A stretch of DNA of 64,000 nucleotides from assembly GCF_009834185.1 (NCBI RefSeq), contig NZ_CP047173.1, positions 1,391,725 to 1,455,724 of the forward strand, in the 5' to 3' direction. The notes under the pieces are model-generated. The model had not been told where the DNA came from. It worked only from the letters and a program-made list of their open reading frames with translations, and did no database searches. Position 1 is the stretch's first letter, and each line of letters opens with the position of its first letter. Positions 34,876 to 44,172 of the stretch are shown here, piece after piece. The translations under genes were made by a program, and so were the position numbers. Source of the DNA: Rathayibacter sp. VKM Ac-2760. GTDB lineage: Bacteria > Actinomycetota > Actinomycetes > Actinomycetales > Microbacteriaceae.

Positions 34876-36594
34876 TCAGAAGTAGCGCGCCAGGTGCTCG
34901 CGGAGCGCCTCGTCGCAGACGTGCACGTACGTCCCCCTGATGCCGCGCGTGAGCAGCACCGTGTAGATGTTGCGGACGTACGCGAGCAGGTCCTCGTCGC
35001 TGTAGGTGATGCCGAGCTTCGGGTTGTTCTCGCGCCCCTTCTTGTCGAAGTAGTGCGAGCGGTCGAAGACGACGCGTCCCGAGGCGGTGTCGAAGCGCAG
35101 ATCGCGGCCGATGATGACGCCCGCGTAGTTGAGGTCGTAGCCCTGCACCGTGTGGATCGAGCCGACCTCGTCGATCGCGCCGGGGGAGTTGATCCAGTCG
35201 CGCTGCGTCTGATTCCAGCGGAGCGACTCGTCGCCGATCACGATGTCGAAGGCGCTCCTGTCCGTCTTCGTGACCCACTTCCACGCGTAGCCCGCGACCA
35301 GTCGTGAGAGGCCGTGCTCCCGGTCGCGCTCGACGATCGAGCGGCGCAGCTCGCCCGGATCGTCGAAGAAGCGCAGGTCGTACTCGCCGAAGTCCTCGCG
35401 CGCCGACGGCGGATCATCGGACAGCGCGGCGCGGACGTAGCCGACGTAGTCCTTCTCCGCGGCGATGCGCATCTGCGAGCGGAGCGGGTAGACCCGGCCC
35501 TCGGCCGACGCCTCCGCGAGGACGGCGCGGGTGACCGTCGCGGGCAGGTCCGCTGGGCGGACGGTCTGCGCGGTGTCCAGCATCAGGATCGTGTGCCTGC
35601 TCCGCGCGCGGATCCAGTCCAGCTGCGTGTACTCGAGCGAGTCCTCGCCGAACAGCCGCTCGTTGATGTCGATGAACTTGCGGTTGAGCGGCCCCGAGGG
35701 CTGGTTCGCCCGCTGGCTGAGCCGGTGCGCTTCGTCGACGAGGAGCAGATCGAACGGCTCGTCGCTCTCGCCGACCTGGAAGGGCGTCAGCACCAGGTCC
35801 TTCGACAGTCCCGGGGTGAGGCTGAAGACCCGGGAGATCGACCCGCGCAGCGACTGCTGCGGCACGACGAGGCCGACCCGCAGCGTCGACAGCAGCTCCG
35901 CGTGGCCCGGGGTGAAGAACTCGCTGAAGATCGAGTCGCCGTCCAGCGGCTCCTCCGGGTCGTGCTCGCGGATGTCCTGCAGCAGCTTCAGCAGGTAGAT
36001 GGCGACGACGGTCTTCCCGGTCCCCGGATCGCCCTGCACGACGACGGTGCTGGGACCGCCGGACTCGAGGTCGGTGAACAGCCCTTCGAGGATGTCCTCG
36101 ACCGCGATCGCCTGATCGTGGTTCAGCGCCTTGAACGGAGACAGCTTGAAGAGATCGCTGTTGACGATCTCGGGGAGCGTCCGCTGGAAGAGCTTCTCCT
36201 CGGTGCGGAGGACCTCGAACACCTCGTCGAACGTCCGGCGGTAGGACGCGCGGTCGAAGTAGTCGGCGTCGGTGATGCCGGCGTTGTGATTGAGGACAGC
36301 CAGGCGGCCCTCCCCCGAGAGCATCCGCAGGAGGAACGATTCGAGGTCGAGGCAGGCCGACTTGTTGAAGGTGTCGTCGAGGACGACCCGCACCCGGTCC
36401 AGCCGGCTCTTCTCCGGCGAGTCGAGGTGCTGGCGCAGTCGCCCCTCGGCGTTCAGCGACTCGCCGACGTAGACCTCCGAGGCGCTGTCGAGCACGTAGA
36501 CGACGGGCCAGTTCCGGTGCCGCGGGTCGGCGGCGCCCCACACGCGCACCCGATCGGAGTCGAACGGGAGTCGCTCGACGCTAAAGCCGGTCAT
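34876..36594 (-). CDS. GIY-YIG-like nuclease / DUF2075 (Schlafen-type helicase-like ATPase) protein
   Basis: 572 aa. The N-terminus is VVYVL-x6-VYVGES-N-x4-RLRQH. Walker A is GDPGTGKT and Walker B is LLLVDEAHRL. The C-terminal part is DUF2075-like. Confidence 0.85.
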   Translation of the reverse strand: MTGFSVERLPFDSDRVRVWGAADPRHRNWPVVYVLDSASEVYVGESLNAEGRLRQHLDSPEKSRLDRVRVVLDDTFNKSACLDLESFLLRMLSGEGRLAVLNHNAGITDADYFDRASYRRTFDEVFEVLRTEEKLFQRTLPEIVNSDLFKLSPFKALNHDQAIAVEDILEGLFTDLESGGPSTVVVQGDPGTGKTVVAIYLLKLLQDIREHDPEEPLDGDSIFSEFFTPGHAELLSTLRVGLVVPQQSLRGSISRVFSLTPGLSKDLVLTPFQVGESDEPFDLLLVDEAHRLSQRANQPSGPLNRKFIDINERLFGEDSLEYTQLDWIRARSRHTILMLDTAQTVRPADLPATVTRAVLAEASAEGRVYPLRSQMRIAAEKDYVGYVRAALSDDPPSAREDFGEYDLRFFDDPGELRRSIVERDREHGLSRLVAGYAWKWVTKTDRSAFDIVIGDESLRWNQTQRDWINSPGAIDEVGSIHTVQGYDLNYAGVIIGRDLRFDTASGRVVFDRSHYFDKKGRENNPKLGITYSDEDLLAYVRNIYTVLLTRGIRGTYVHVCDEALREHLARYF

Positions 36595-36907
36595 GCCTGG
36601 TGCTTCTCCCGCGAGCCTTCTCCACCGGGTACTTGGCCCTGGTCCTCTCGAGCTTCGCGAGGACGATCTCGCCCGCGTCCACCCCGAGTCGGTCGGCGAG
36701 CAGGAGAGAGTAGGTCAGCACGTCCGCGAGCTCGTCGACGGCCGAGGGGAGGTCGCCCTCGCCCCACTGGAAGCACTCGAGCAGCTCGCCCGACTCGATG
36801 CTGATGCTCTTCGCGAGGTTCTCCGGCGTGTGGAACTGCGCCCAGTCGCGCTCGCGCACGAAGGCGCGGAGGGCGTCGAGGACCTCGTCATCGGGCATGG
36901 CTGCCAA
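36581..36907 (-). CDS. MazG-like nucleotide pyrophosphohydrolase
   Basis: 108 aa with acidic metal-binding helices ESGELLECFQW and VDELADVL. The 3' end overlaps the DUF2075 start by 14 nt. Confidence 0.8.
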   Translation of the reverse strand: MAAMPDDEVLDALRAFVRERDWAQFHTPENLAKSISIESGELLECFQWGEGDLPSAVDELADVLTYSLLLADRLGVDAGEIVLAKLERTRAKYPVEKARGRSTRHDRL

Positions 36908-37066
36908 CCTACAGCGGCGGTGCGGCGGTCACCCTGCCCCCGCTCGCTTCGACGCCCGAGATCCGCCGAGCGTGCGATCGCGGCGAGGCCCCCCCTTCGC
37001 GTCCACTGCCTCGCCACCCGCCACCGACCGGACCCGAGCGGGGCTTCGCCGCGCCGCCAGGCCCTG

Positions 37067-37561
37067 TCACATGTCCGGCCGGCCGAGTTCCTTCCGCAAC
37101 TGCAGAGCCGTCGGCTCGTAGCCGAGCGACTCGTACAGCCCGCGGGCCGCGGTGTTGAAGCCGAAGACGTTCAGCGCGAGCGCCCGGTAGCCGCGCGAGC
37201 GGGCGTGCTCCTCCGCCAGCAGCATCGCCGCGCGGCCGAACCCGCGGCCCCGCTCGGCCGGGTCGACCTCGACGTCCCAGACGTAGGCGACGCCCTCGAG
37301 GTCCTGCGGGTGCGGGCCGACCCAGAGCACCCCGACCGGGCGTCCGTCGTCGAGGATCCGCAGCAGGTCGTGGCCCGGCGCGAGGTCGCCGCCCGGGAAG
37401 AGCCGCTCGTCGTTCGCGTCCGCGTTCCGCACCGCGGCGGCCTCGTCGTCGCCCGCTCGGATCCGATCAGCGACGTACGTCCTGCGTTGGACGGACCTCC
37501 ACGCCGTCAGTTCGTCGGGTGGGAGCGGCGCGAGGGAGACGGACATGCCCCACGGTCCCAC
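37067..37561 (-). CDS. GNAT-family N-acetyltransferase
   Basis: 164 aa with an acetyl-CoA binding motif RGRGFGRAAM. The start could be the ATG at 37546. Confidence 0.8.
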   Translation of the reverse strand: MGPWGMSVSLAPLPPDELTAWRSVQRRTYVADRIRAGDDEAAAVRNADANDERLFPGGDLAPGHDLLRILDDGRPVGVLWVGPHPQDLEGVAYVWDVEVDPAERGRGFGRAAMLLAEEHARSRGYRALALNVFGFNTAARGLYESLGYEPTALQLRKELGRPDM

Positions 37562-37568
37562 ACCGCCG

Positions 37569-37638
37569 GCACGACGTCAGCTGAGGCACCGGCTCAACGC
37601 CGATGGTGGATGACGAGCGGTCTCAGCTGACGTCGTGC
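37569..37638 (+). repeat. family-2 palindromic element, copy D
   Basis: Perfect 17-bp arms GCACGACGTCAGCTGAG / CTCAGCTGACGTCGTGC. Both arms carry the same A>G variants relative to copy B. Confidence 0.8.
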
Positions 37639-37661
37639 GCCGCCGAGGCGCCGGAGTCCGC

Positions 37662-39038
37662 TCAGGAGCGGTCCGCGTCCGAGCTCTCGGCCGCCGCGGT
37701 CTGCTCCGCGTGCTTCTTCTTGCCGAGGCGGGTCGCCAGGAAGAGCAGCGTGCCGACCACGACGTAGCCGGCGGTGCCCAGCCAGACCACGCCGGTCTGC
37801 TGGGTCAGCAGCACGGCGCTCGTGATGATCGCCAGCACCGGCACGACGCGCGGCACCGAGAAGTGCGGGTGGTCGACGCGGTCCTTCTTCAGCACCAGCA
37901 CCGAGACGTTCGCCGAGATGAAGACCAGGAGCAGCAGCAGCACGGTCGTCTCGGCGAGGGTTCCGACGTCGCCGACCAGGCTCAGCGCGGCGGTCGCGCC
38001 GCCGACCACGACGATCGACACCCACGGCGTGCGGCGGTTCGGCAGCACCCGGCCGAATGCGCTCGGCATCAGCCCCGACTTCGCCAGCCCGAAGCCGACC
38101 CGGCTCGCCATCACCATGAACAGCAGCGCGCCGTTCGCGATCGCGATCAGCGCGATCAGGCCGAACAGCCACGGCGGCACCGCCACTCCGCTCGCCGCGA
38201 CCACGTCGAGCAGCGGGCCCGTCGACTCCGCGAGCTCCTCGTTCGGCAGCACGATCACCGCGCCGAGGGCGATCAGCAGGTAGACGACGGCGGCGGTGAT
38301 CAGTGCGCCGAAGAGCGCCCGCGGGTAGACCTTCGACGGGTTCCGCACCTCCTCCGCCATGTTGGCCGCCGCCTCGAAGCCGAGGAAGGAGAAGAAGGCG
38401 ACGATGGACGCGGCGAACGCGCCCTGCAGCGGAGCGACGTCGGGCGCGAACTCGAAGATCCGGCCCGGGTCGCCGTTGCCGCCACCGAAGAAGATCGCTG
38501 CGCAGACGATCACGATCACCAGTCCGCTCACCTCGATCACCGACGCGACCAGGTTCGCGGTGAGCGACTCCTTCACTCCGCGCAGGTTGATCAGCGTGAG
38601 GACCGCGATGAAGACGACGGCCGTCGGTGCGGCCGGCACGTCGAGCAGCGCGCCGAGGTAGTCGCCGGCGAAGGCGTTGGCGAGCGAGGCCGCGGTCGTG
38701 ATCCCGGACGCCATCATCAGGAAGCCGACGAGGAACGACAGGTACGGCTTGCCGAACGCCCGGTCGGCGTAGCGGGCGGCGCCGCCGGCGTGCGGGTACT
38801 TGGTGATCAGCTCGGCGTAGGTGCCGGCCGTCAGCAGGGCGATGACGAGCGCGATGAGCAGCGGCAGCCAGATCACGCCGCCGACGTCGGTGGCCATCGT
38901 CCCGACCAGCGTGTAGATGCCGGCGCCAAGCGTGTCGCCGACGATGAAGGCGAAGAGGAGCGGGCCGGTGATGACCTTCTTCAGCGATCCTCCGCCCTTC
39001 GCGGGGGCGGCGGACTCGGCGTTCGTGGTGTCGGTCAT
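37662..39038 (-). CDS. APC-family amino acid permease
   Basis: 458 aa from the ATG at 39038. It is polytopic, with GDTLGAGIYTLVG and other typical APC sequence. Confidence 0.85.
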   Translation of the reverse strand: MTDTTNAESAAPAKGGGSLKKVITGPLLFAFIVGDTLGAGIYTLVGTMATDVGGVIWLPLLIALVIALLTAGTYAELITKYPHAGGAARYADRAFGKPYLSFLVGFLMMASGITTAASLANAFAGDYLGALLDVPAAPTAVVFIAVLTLINLRGVKESLTANLVASVIEVSGLVIVIVCAAIFFGGGNGDPGRIFEFAPDVAPLQGAFAASIVAFFSFLGFEAAANMAEEVRNPSKVYPRALFGALITAAVVYLLIALGAVIVLPNEELAESTGPLLDVVAASGVAVPPWLFGLIALIAIANGALLFMVMASRVGFGLAKSGLMPSAFGRVLPNRRTPWVSIVVVGGATAALSLVGDVGTLAETTVLLLLLVFISANVSVLVLKKDRVDHPHFSVPRVVPVLAIITSAVLLTQQTGVVWLGTAGYVVVGTLLFLATRLGKKKHAEQTAAAESSDADRS

Positions 39039-39242
39039 CCGGCGATTCCAACGAGAACCGGCCCGGGGCGCAACCCCCGCCGCGAGATCGCTTCGGAATT
39101 TCTCACGATCGAAACACGCGAGGCGAGCGGCCGGGCCCAGGGCCGGGCGGAGGAGGCGGAGCGCCACCGACCCGCCCGTCCGCCCCGCCCCCGCCCCGGT
39201 GCGCCACCATGGGCGCACGCCCCGCGACGGATCGAGGACCCC

Positions 39243-40565
39243 GTGCACGACATCACCCCGCGCCCCGGCCTGCCCGAGCGCCTCGCGCGGCTGATCCGCC
39301 TGCGCACGGTGTCCGCCGAACTCGAGACCGTCGACGAGCCGCTCGCGCTGCTGCGCGAGCTCTACCCGCTGACGCACGAGCGCCTCGAGCTCGAGCGCAT
39401 CACCGACCGCGGACTCCTCTACCGCTGGCCGGGCCGCGACTCCGGGGCGGATCCGCTGGTCCTGATGGCGCACCTCGACGTGGTGCCGGTCGAGGACCCC
39501 GCCGCCTGGACGCACCCGCCGTTCGGCGGCGAGATCGTCGGCGGCGCGGTCTGGGGCCGCGGCGCGCTCGACGACAAGGGACCGCTCGTCGTCGTGCTCG
39601 AGGCCGTGGAGAACCTGCTGGCCGCCGGCGTCGTCCCCGCCCGCGACGTCCTGCTCGCCTTCGGCGGCGACGAGGAGGTGCGCGGATCCGCAGCGTGCGC
39701 CGTCGCCGCCACCCTGCGCGAGCGCGGGGTCGTGCCGTGGCTGGTGCTCGACGAGGGCAGCGCCGTCGTCGAGGCGCCGCTGCCCGGCGTCGTCGGCCCG
39801 GTCGCGATGATCGGCGTCGGCGAGAAGGGCCTGCTCACGCTGCGCCTGACCGCGCGCTCGGCCGGCGGCCACGCCTCCGCTCCGCCGCGCCTCACCGCCG
39901 TCGGCCGCCTGGCGCGCGGTCACCCGGCTCACCCCGTCGACCTTCCCCGCCTGGGTCCCGAGGCGCTCGCCCGCGCGCTGACGCTCCTCGCCGAGCGCGC
40001 GCCCGGGCGTCGCGGCACTCTCTACCGGCTGCTCGGGTCGCGCCCGCAGGTCGCCGCGCCCCTGCTCGCCGCGCTCGGCGGCGAGACCGCCGCGCTGGTG
40101 CGCACCACGATCGCCCCGACGATGCTGCGCGCCGGCACCGCCGACAACGTGCTCGCGGCGGAGGCGTCGGTCGTGCTGAACCTGCGCCTCGCGCCCGGCG
40201 AGACGGTGTCGAGCGCCACCGAGCGCGTCCGCCGCCGCGTCCGCGACCGCGAGCTGACCGTCGAGGTCGTCGCGGGGGAGGACCCGTCGCCGCAGTCGCC
40301 GAGCGACGGCGCTCCGTTCGCCGCCGTGCGGGCGGCGCTCGCCGTGTCGCACCCGGACGCCGCGGTCGTGCCCTACGTGATCAACGCGGCCACCGACTCC
40401 CGGCACCTGCACCGCTTCGCGCCCGCCGTCTACCGCTTCGCGCCGCTGCTGATGTCGAAGGAGCAGCGCGCCGGCATCCACGGGGTCGACGAGCGCGTCG
40501 ACGTCGCGGCGCTCGAGCGCGGCGAGGTCTTCCACCGCGCCCTGATCACGGGGCTCGGAGCCTGA
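39243..40565 (+). CDS. M20/M25/M40-family metallopeptidase
   Basis: GTG at 39243. Motifs: LMAHLDVVP, RGALDDKG, GGDEEV. Confidence 0.8.
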   Translation: MHDITPRPGLPERLARLIRLRTVSAELETVDEPLALLRELYPLTHERLELERITDRGLLYRWPGRDSGADPLVLMAHLDVVPVEDPAAWTHPPFGGEIVGGAVWGRGALDDKGPLVVVLEAVENLLAAGVVPARDVLLAFGGDEEVRGSAACAVAATLRERGVVPWLVLDEGSAVVEAPLPGVVGPVAMIGVGEKGLLTLRLTARSAGGHASAPPRLTAVGRLARGHPAHPVDLPRLGPEALARALTLLAERAPGRRGTLYRLLGSRPQVAAPLLAALGGETAALVRTTIAPTMLRAGTADNVLAAEASVVLNLRLAPGETVSSATERVRRRVRDRELTVEVVAGEDPSPQSPSDGAPFAAVRAALAVSHPDAAVVPYVINAATDSRHLHRFAPAVYRFAPLLMSKEQRAGIHGVDERVDVAALERGEVFHRALITGLGA

Positions 40566-40608
40566 CCCGCCGAAGGCCCCGCAGGCGCCGGGTGTAGGTT
40601 CGTCCGTC

Positions 40609-42045
40609 GTGGAGACGGTGCCGATGCAGACCCAGGATCGCGTGCGGACCCAGGACGGCCCGCACGTCCGGGACCGCGTGCTCGCCGACCTGCGCGCGCT
40701 GCTCGGCGACCGCGTGCTCACCGACCACGACGTCCTCGAGGCGTACCGCCACGACGACGCCGAGTGGGCGCCCTCCGGGCTGCCGCTCGCGGTCGTCGTC
40801 GCCGAGAGCGCGGAGGACGTGGCGCACGCCGTCCGCGTCGCCGCCCGCGAGGGCCTCAGCGTCGTCCCGCGCGGTGCCGGCACCGGCCTGTCCGGCGGCG
40901 CCAACGCCCTCACCGGCTGCCTCGTCGTCTCGCTCGAGCGGATGACCGCCGTCCTCGAGATCGACGCCGACGAGCGCTTCGTCGTCGCCCAGCCCGGCGT
41001 GATCAACGACGCACTGCGGGCGGCCGTCGCCGAGGTCGGGCTCTGGTACCCGCCGGACCCGGCCAGCTCCGCCATCTCGACGATCGGCGGCAACGCCGCG
41101 ACCAACGCCGGCGGCATCTGCTGCGTCAAGTACGGCGTCACCCGCGATTACGTGCTCGGGATGAAGGTCGTCCTCGCCGACGGCTCGCTGGTGAACCTCG
41201 GCCGCCGCACCGCGAAGGGCGTCGTCGGCTACGACCTCACCGGCCTGATGGTCGGCTCCGAGGGCACCCTCGGCATCATCGTCGAGCTCACCCTCCGCCT
41301 GCTCCCGCTCGCCGGCCGCGAGCAGCGCGCCGTCGTCGGCTCCTTCGCCTCGCTCGAGGCCGCCGGAGTCGCGGTCGCCGCGATCTCGGCCGCCGGCATC
41401 ATCCCGTCCGCGCTCGAGATCATCGACAGCACCTGCCTGCGCGCCGTCGACGACTGGCAGCACCTCGGCCTGCCGCACGGCGTCGACACGCTGCTGCTGG
41501 CGAAGGTCGACGAGCCGGGCGAGGCGGGCCGCGCCGCCGCGGACCGTGTCGAGGCGCTGATGGCCGGCGCCCGCGCCCTCTCCGTCGAGCAGGCCACCGA
41601 CCAGGACGAGGTCGACCGGCTCTTCCTCGCCCGCCGCCTCGCCTACCCGGCGCTCGAGCGCCTCGGCCCGGTGCTGACCGAGGACGTCTGCGTGCCGCGC
41701 GGCGCGGTCCCAGAGATGCTCGCCCGCATCCGCTCCGCCGCAGAGGACCACGACGTGGTGATCGCGACCATCGCGCACGCCGGCGACGGCAACCTGCACC
41801 CGTTGATCATCGCGCCCGAGGGCGACGACGCCGCGAAGGACCGCGCGAAGAGCGCCTTCGACCGCATCGTCGCCGACTGCCTGGCGCTCGGCGGCACCGT
41901 CACCGGCGAGCACGGCGTGGGCCTGCTCAAGCTGCCTGGCGCGGCCGACGAGCTCGGGCCGCGCGTGCTCGCAATGCACCGCTCGATCAAGGACGCGCTC
42001 GACCCGCTCGGCGTGCTCAACCCGGGCAAGGCGTTCCCTGGCTGA
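40609..42045 (+). CDS. FAD-linked oxidase (GlcD-like)
   Basis: 478 aa with an FAD-binding PCMH domain (VVPRGAGTGLSGGA) and C-terminal GEHGVGLLK. Confidence 0.85.
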   Translation: METVPMQTQDRVRTQDGPHVRDRVLADLRALLGDRVLTDHDVLEAYRHDDAEWAPSGLPLAVVVAESAEDVAHAVRVAAREGLSVVPRGAGTGLSGGANALTGCLVVSLERMTAVLEIDADERFVVAQPGVINDALRAAVAEVGLWYPPDPASSAISTIGGNAATNAGGICCVKYGVTRDYVLGMKVVLADGSLVNLGRRTAKGVVGYDLTGLMVGSEGTLGIIVELTLRLLPLAGREQRAVVGSFASLEAAGVAVAAISAAGIIPSALEIIDSTCLRAVDDWQHLGLPHGVDTLLLAKVDEPGEAGRAAADRVEALMAGARALSVEQATDQDEVDRLFLARRLAYPALERLGPVLTEDVCVPRGAVPEMLARIRSAAEDHDVVIATIAHAGDGNLHPLIIAPEGDDAAKDRAKSAFDRIVADCLALGGTVTGEHGVGLLKLPGAADELGPRVLAMHRSIKDALDPLGVLNPGKAFPG

Positions 42046-42058
42046 CGCGCCGCCCGCC

Positions 42059-42871
42059 TCAGCGCGCCAGGAACTCCAGCAGGGCCTCGGTGAACACCTT
42101 CGGCTGCTCGATGTTCGCCGCGTGCCCGTCCTTCTCGATCACGAGCGAGTCGCCGTGCGGAGCGAGTGCTGCCGCCGCCGCCGCGTGCTCGGCCGGCCAG
42201 AACTCGCTCTCGCGCCCGGCGACGAAGAGCACCGGCACGCCCGTCCGCGCGATCACCGGCCGCCAGTCCGCCGCCGCGTGGTCGTTCAGGAGCCGCCGCT
42301 CGGTCTCGGTCAGCTCGCGCCGCTCGCCACCGCCGAGCGCCTTCAGCAGCCGAGCGATGCGCACCGGCCCCTTCGACGCGACGCTCCACCGGCCCGGATC
42401 GGGGATCGTCGTCGCGAAGAGGGTGTCGCGATTCGCCTCGGTGTAGTCGTAGAAGCCGTAGGGCCAGTCCTCGCCGTTCAGCATCCGCGGCGTCTGGTCG
42501 ACGATCACGATGCGCTCGACCCGGCTCGCCGCCTCCACGCCCGCCCCCGCGAGGAACGCCCAGATCGAGTTGCCGCCCATCGAGCCGCCGACCAGCGCGG
42601 CACCGCGCAGATCCAGGTGCTCGAGCAGCTGCGCGAGATCCGCCCCGTGCCGCAGCATCGTCGCGCCGGCCTCCGTCCGCTCGGACAGCCCGTGCCCGCG
42701 CCGGTCGAACGAGACCACCCGGTAGCCCGCCTCGGCGAGCGGCCCCTGCTGCGGCTTCCAGCTCGTCGCCGGCGCCTTGAACCCCGCGATCAGCACCACC
42801 GGGCGCCCCGCGGGGTCGCCCTGCTCGGTCCAGCTCAGCCGGACCCCGTCGTCCGTGGTGAAGTCCGGCAT
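42059..42871 (-). CDS. alpha/beta hydrolase
   Basis: 270 aa from the ATG at 42871, with a GGSMGG nucleophile elbow. Confidence 0.8.
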   Translation of the reverse strand: MPDFTTDDGVRLSWTEQGDPAGRPVVLIAGFKAPATSWKPQQGPLAEAGYRVVSFDRRGHGLSERTEAGATMLRHGADLAQLLEHLDLRGAALVGGSMGGNSIWAFLAGAGVEAASRVERIVIVDQTPRMLNGEDWPYGFYDYTEANRDTLFATTIPDPGRWSVASKGPVRIARLLKALGGGERRELTETERRLLNDHAAADWRPVIARTGVPVLFVAGRESEFWPAEHAAAAAALAPHGDSLVIEKDGHAANIEQPKVFTEALLEFLAR

Positions 42872-42972
42872 CGTCGCCCCTCGTCGCAGTCGTCGCGGTC
42901 GGCTCCGGCCGCTCCCCGCCACGCTAGTGCGACGGGAGGCGCGAGTCGCTGCAGAGGAGGGGGCTGTGGCGA

Positions 42973-43368
42973 TCAGGCTTCCTCGAGCACGCTCCGCACC
43001 GCGTCGTTGGCCTCGCGCCACTCGTCCGGGTCGGCCTCCTCCCAGAGCTCCGTGAGCTCGCTCCCGGGCGAGTCGGAGGCGGCCAGCGCGGCGAGGGCGA
43101 GCGCCACGAGCTCGTCGTCGGGTCGCCCGGCCCGCTGCACGAAGTGCGCGATCGTGTCGGCGTGCGGACCGCCCTCGCGGCCGAGCCCGCGCGCGACCAC
43201 CTCGGCGGCCGCGATCGCGCAGGTCGCCGCATCGGCGTCCACCCCTCTCGGCGCGACGGCGGTCTCCAGCGCCTCGCGGACGTACTGCCAGTCGCCGGCC
43301 TCGTCGAGCTCGTAGACCCAGTCGCTCGCCGTGTCGTTGCCGAACGGCTCTCCACTCCATGCACCCAT
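42973..43368 (-). CDS. DUF4259 domain protein
   Basis: 131 aa with the N-terminal MGAWSGEPFGNDTASDW typical of DUF4259. Confidence 0.7.
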   Translation of the reverse strand: MGAWSGEPFGNDTASDWVYELDEAGDWQYVREALETAVAPRGVDADAATCAIAAAEVVARGLGREGGPHADTIAHFVQRAGRPDDELVALALAALAASDSPGSELTELWEEADPDEWREANDAVRSVLEEA

Positions 43369-43413
43369 GGCCCGACGCTACGCCGACCCGCGCGCGGCCG
43401 CACCGCCGATGCA

Positions 43414-43479
43414 CCGATCGATCCGTCGGAGAAGCACGTGCCGGAGCACGCGGGAGATCCGTCCGTGACGGATCGATCC
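43414..43479. repeat. inverted repeat CGATCGATCCGTC / GACGGATCGATCC (12 of 13 positions) with a roughly 40-nt spacer
   Basis: Seen directly, between the VOC gene stop and the DUF4259 gene start. Confidence 0.5.
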
Positions 43480-43494
43480 GAGCGGAGGAGCGCC

Positions 43495-43935
43495 TCAGGC
43501 CAAGCGCTCGCTGAGTGCGACGATGACGCCCTCCGGTCCGCGGACGTACGCCATGCGCCAGGCCCCCTCGTACTCGTCGACACCGCCGACCAGTCCGTAC
43601 CCGTCGGCCGCGAGCCGCTCGAGGACGGCGGCGAGGTCGTCGACGACGAAGGCGAGGCTCCGAAGCCCCGGCTCGTCCGCATCGACGGGGGCGGGGACGG
43701 GCCGCGGCGCCGGCCGGACGAACCGTGAGAGCTCGACGGCGGTCCCGCCGCCGGGCGGACGCAGCATCACGATGTCGGTGCGGGCGTCCTGCATGCCGAC
43801 CACCGTGTCGAGGAACTCGCCCTCCACGGGCGCCCGTCCCTCGAGCACGAGACCCAGCCCGACGAAGAACGCGGTCGCCGCCTCGAGGTCGTGGACCGTC
43901 ACTCCGATGTGGTCGAACCCGGTGATCCCGGCCAT
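43495..43935 (-). CDS. VOC (glyoxalase/bleomycin-resistance) family protein
   Basis: 146 aa with N-terminal FDHIGVTVHDLEAATAFF. Confidence 0.8.
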   Translation of the reverse strand: MAGITGFDHIGVTVHDLEAATAFFVGLGLVLEGRAPVEGEFLDTVVGMQDARTDIVMLRPPGGGTAVELSRFVRPAPRPVPAPVDADEPGLRSLAFVVDDLAAVLERLAADGYGLVGGVDEYEGAWRMAYVRGPEGVIVALSERLA

Positions 43936-44172
43936 GCGCGTCTCCTCGTGTCGGCCCCAGTCAGGCAGGACCGCGCTGCCGCGTCAAGGCGCACTCCCAC
44001 CCCGTCTCCGCGGGGTGCAGCCGCCCGGCCGGGCCGGCCGAGCCGCTCCGTCGAGCCGCTCCGCCGAGTTCCTGCACCGTTCACCCACGGGAGCCCGCCG
44101 TGCGTACCGCGGCGCGCGAGCACTGGGTAGGCTGTACTGCTTCGTCGTGAGTGGAGCGGTCGCGGAGGAACG

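Noticed and set aside
31033-37640. A tRNA-Gln-anchored genomic island or prophage remnant.
   Set aside because: The accessory-looking content is real. However, I found no integrase, no phage structural genes, and no direct repeat of the tRNA 3' end downstream. I report only the component observations.
37635-41141. 976-aa (+) and 1159-aa (-) track ORFs spanning the permease, peptidase and FAD-oxidase genes.
   Set aside because: Only the segments 37662-39038 (-) and 39243-40565 (+) read as real proteins. The rest is Arg/Gly-rich shadow. The ORFs were trimmed to internal starts with RBS support.
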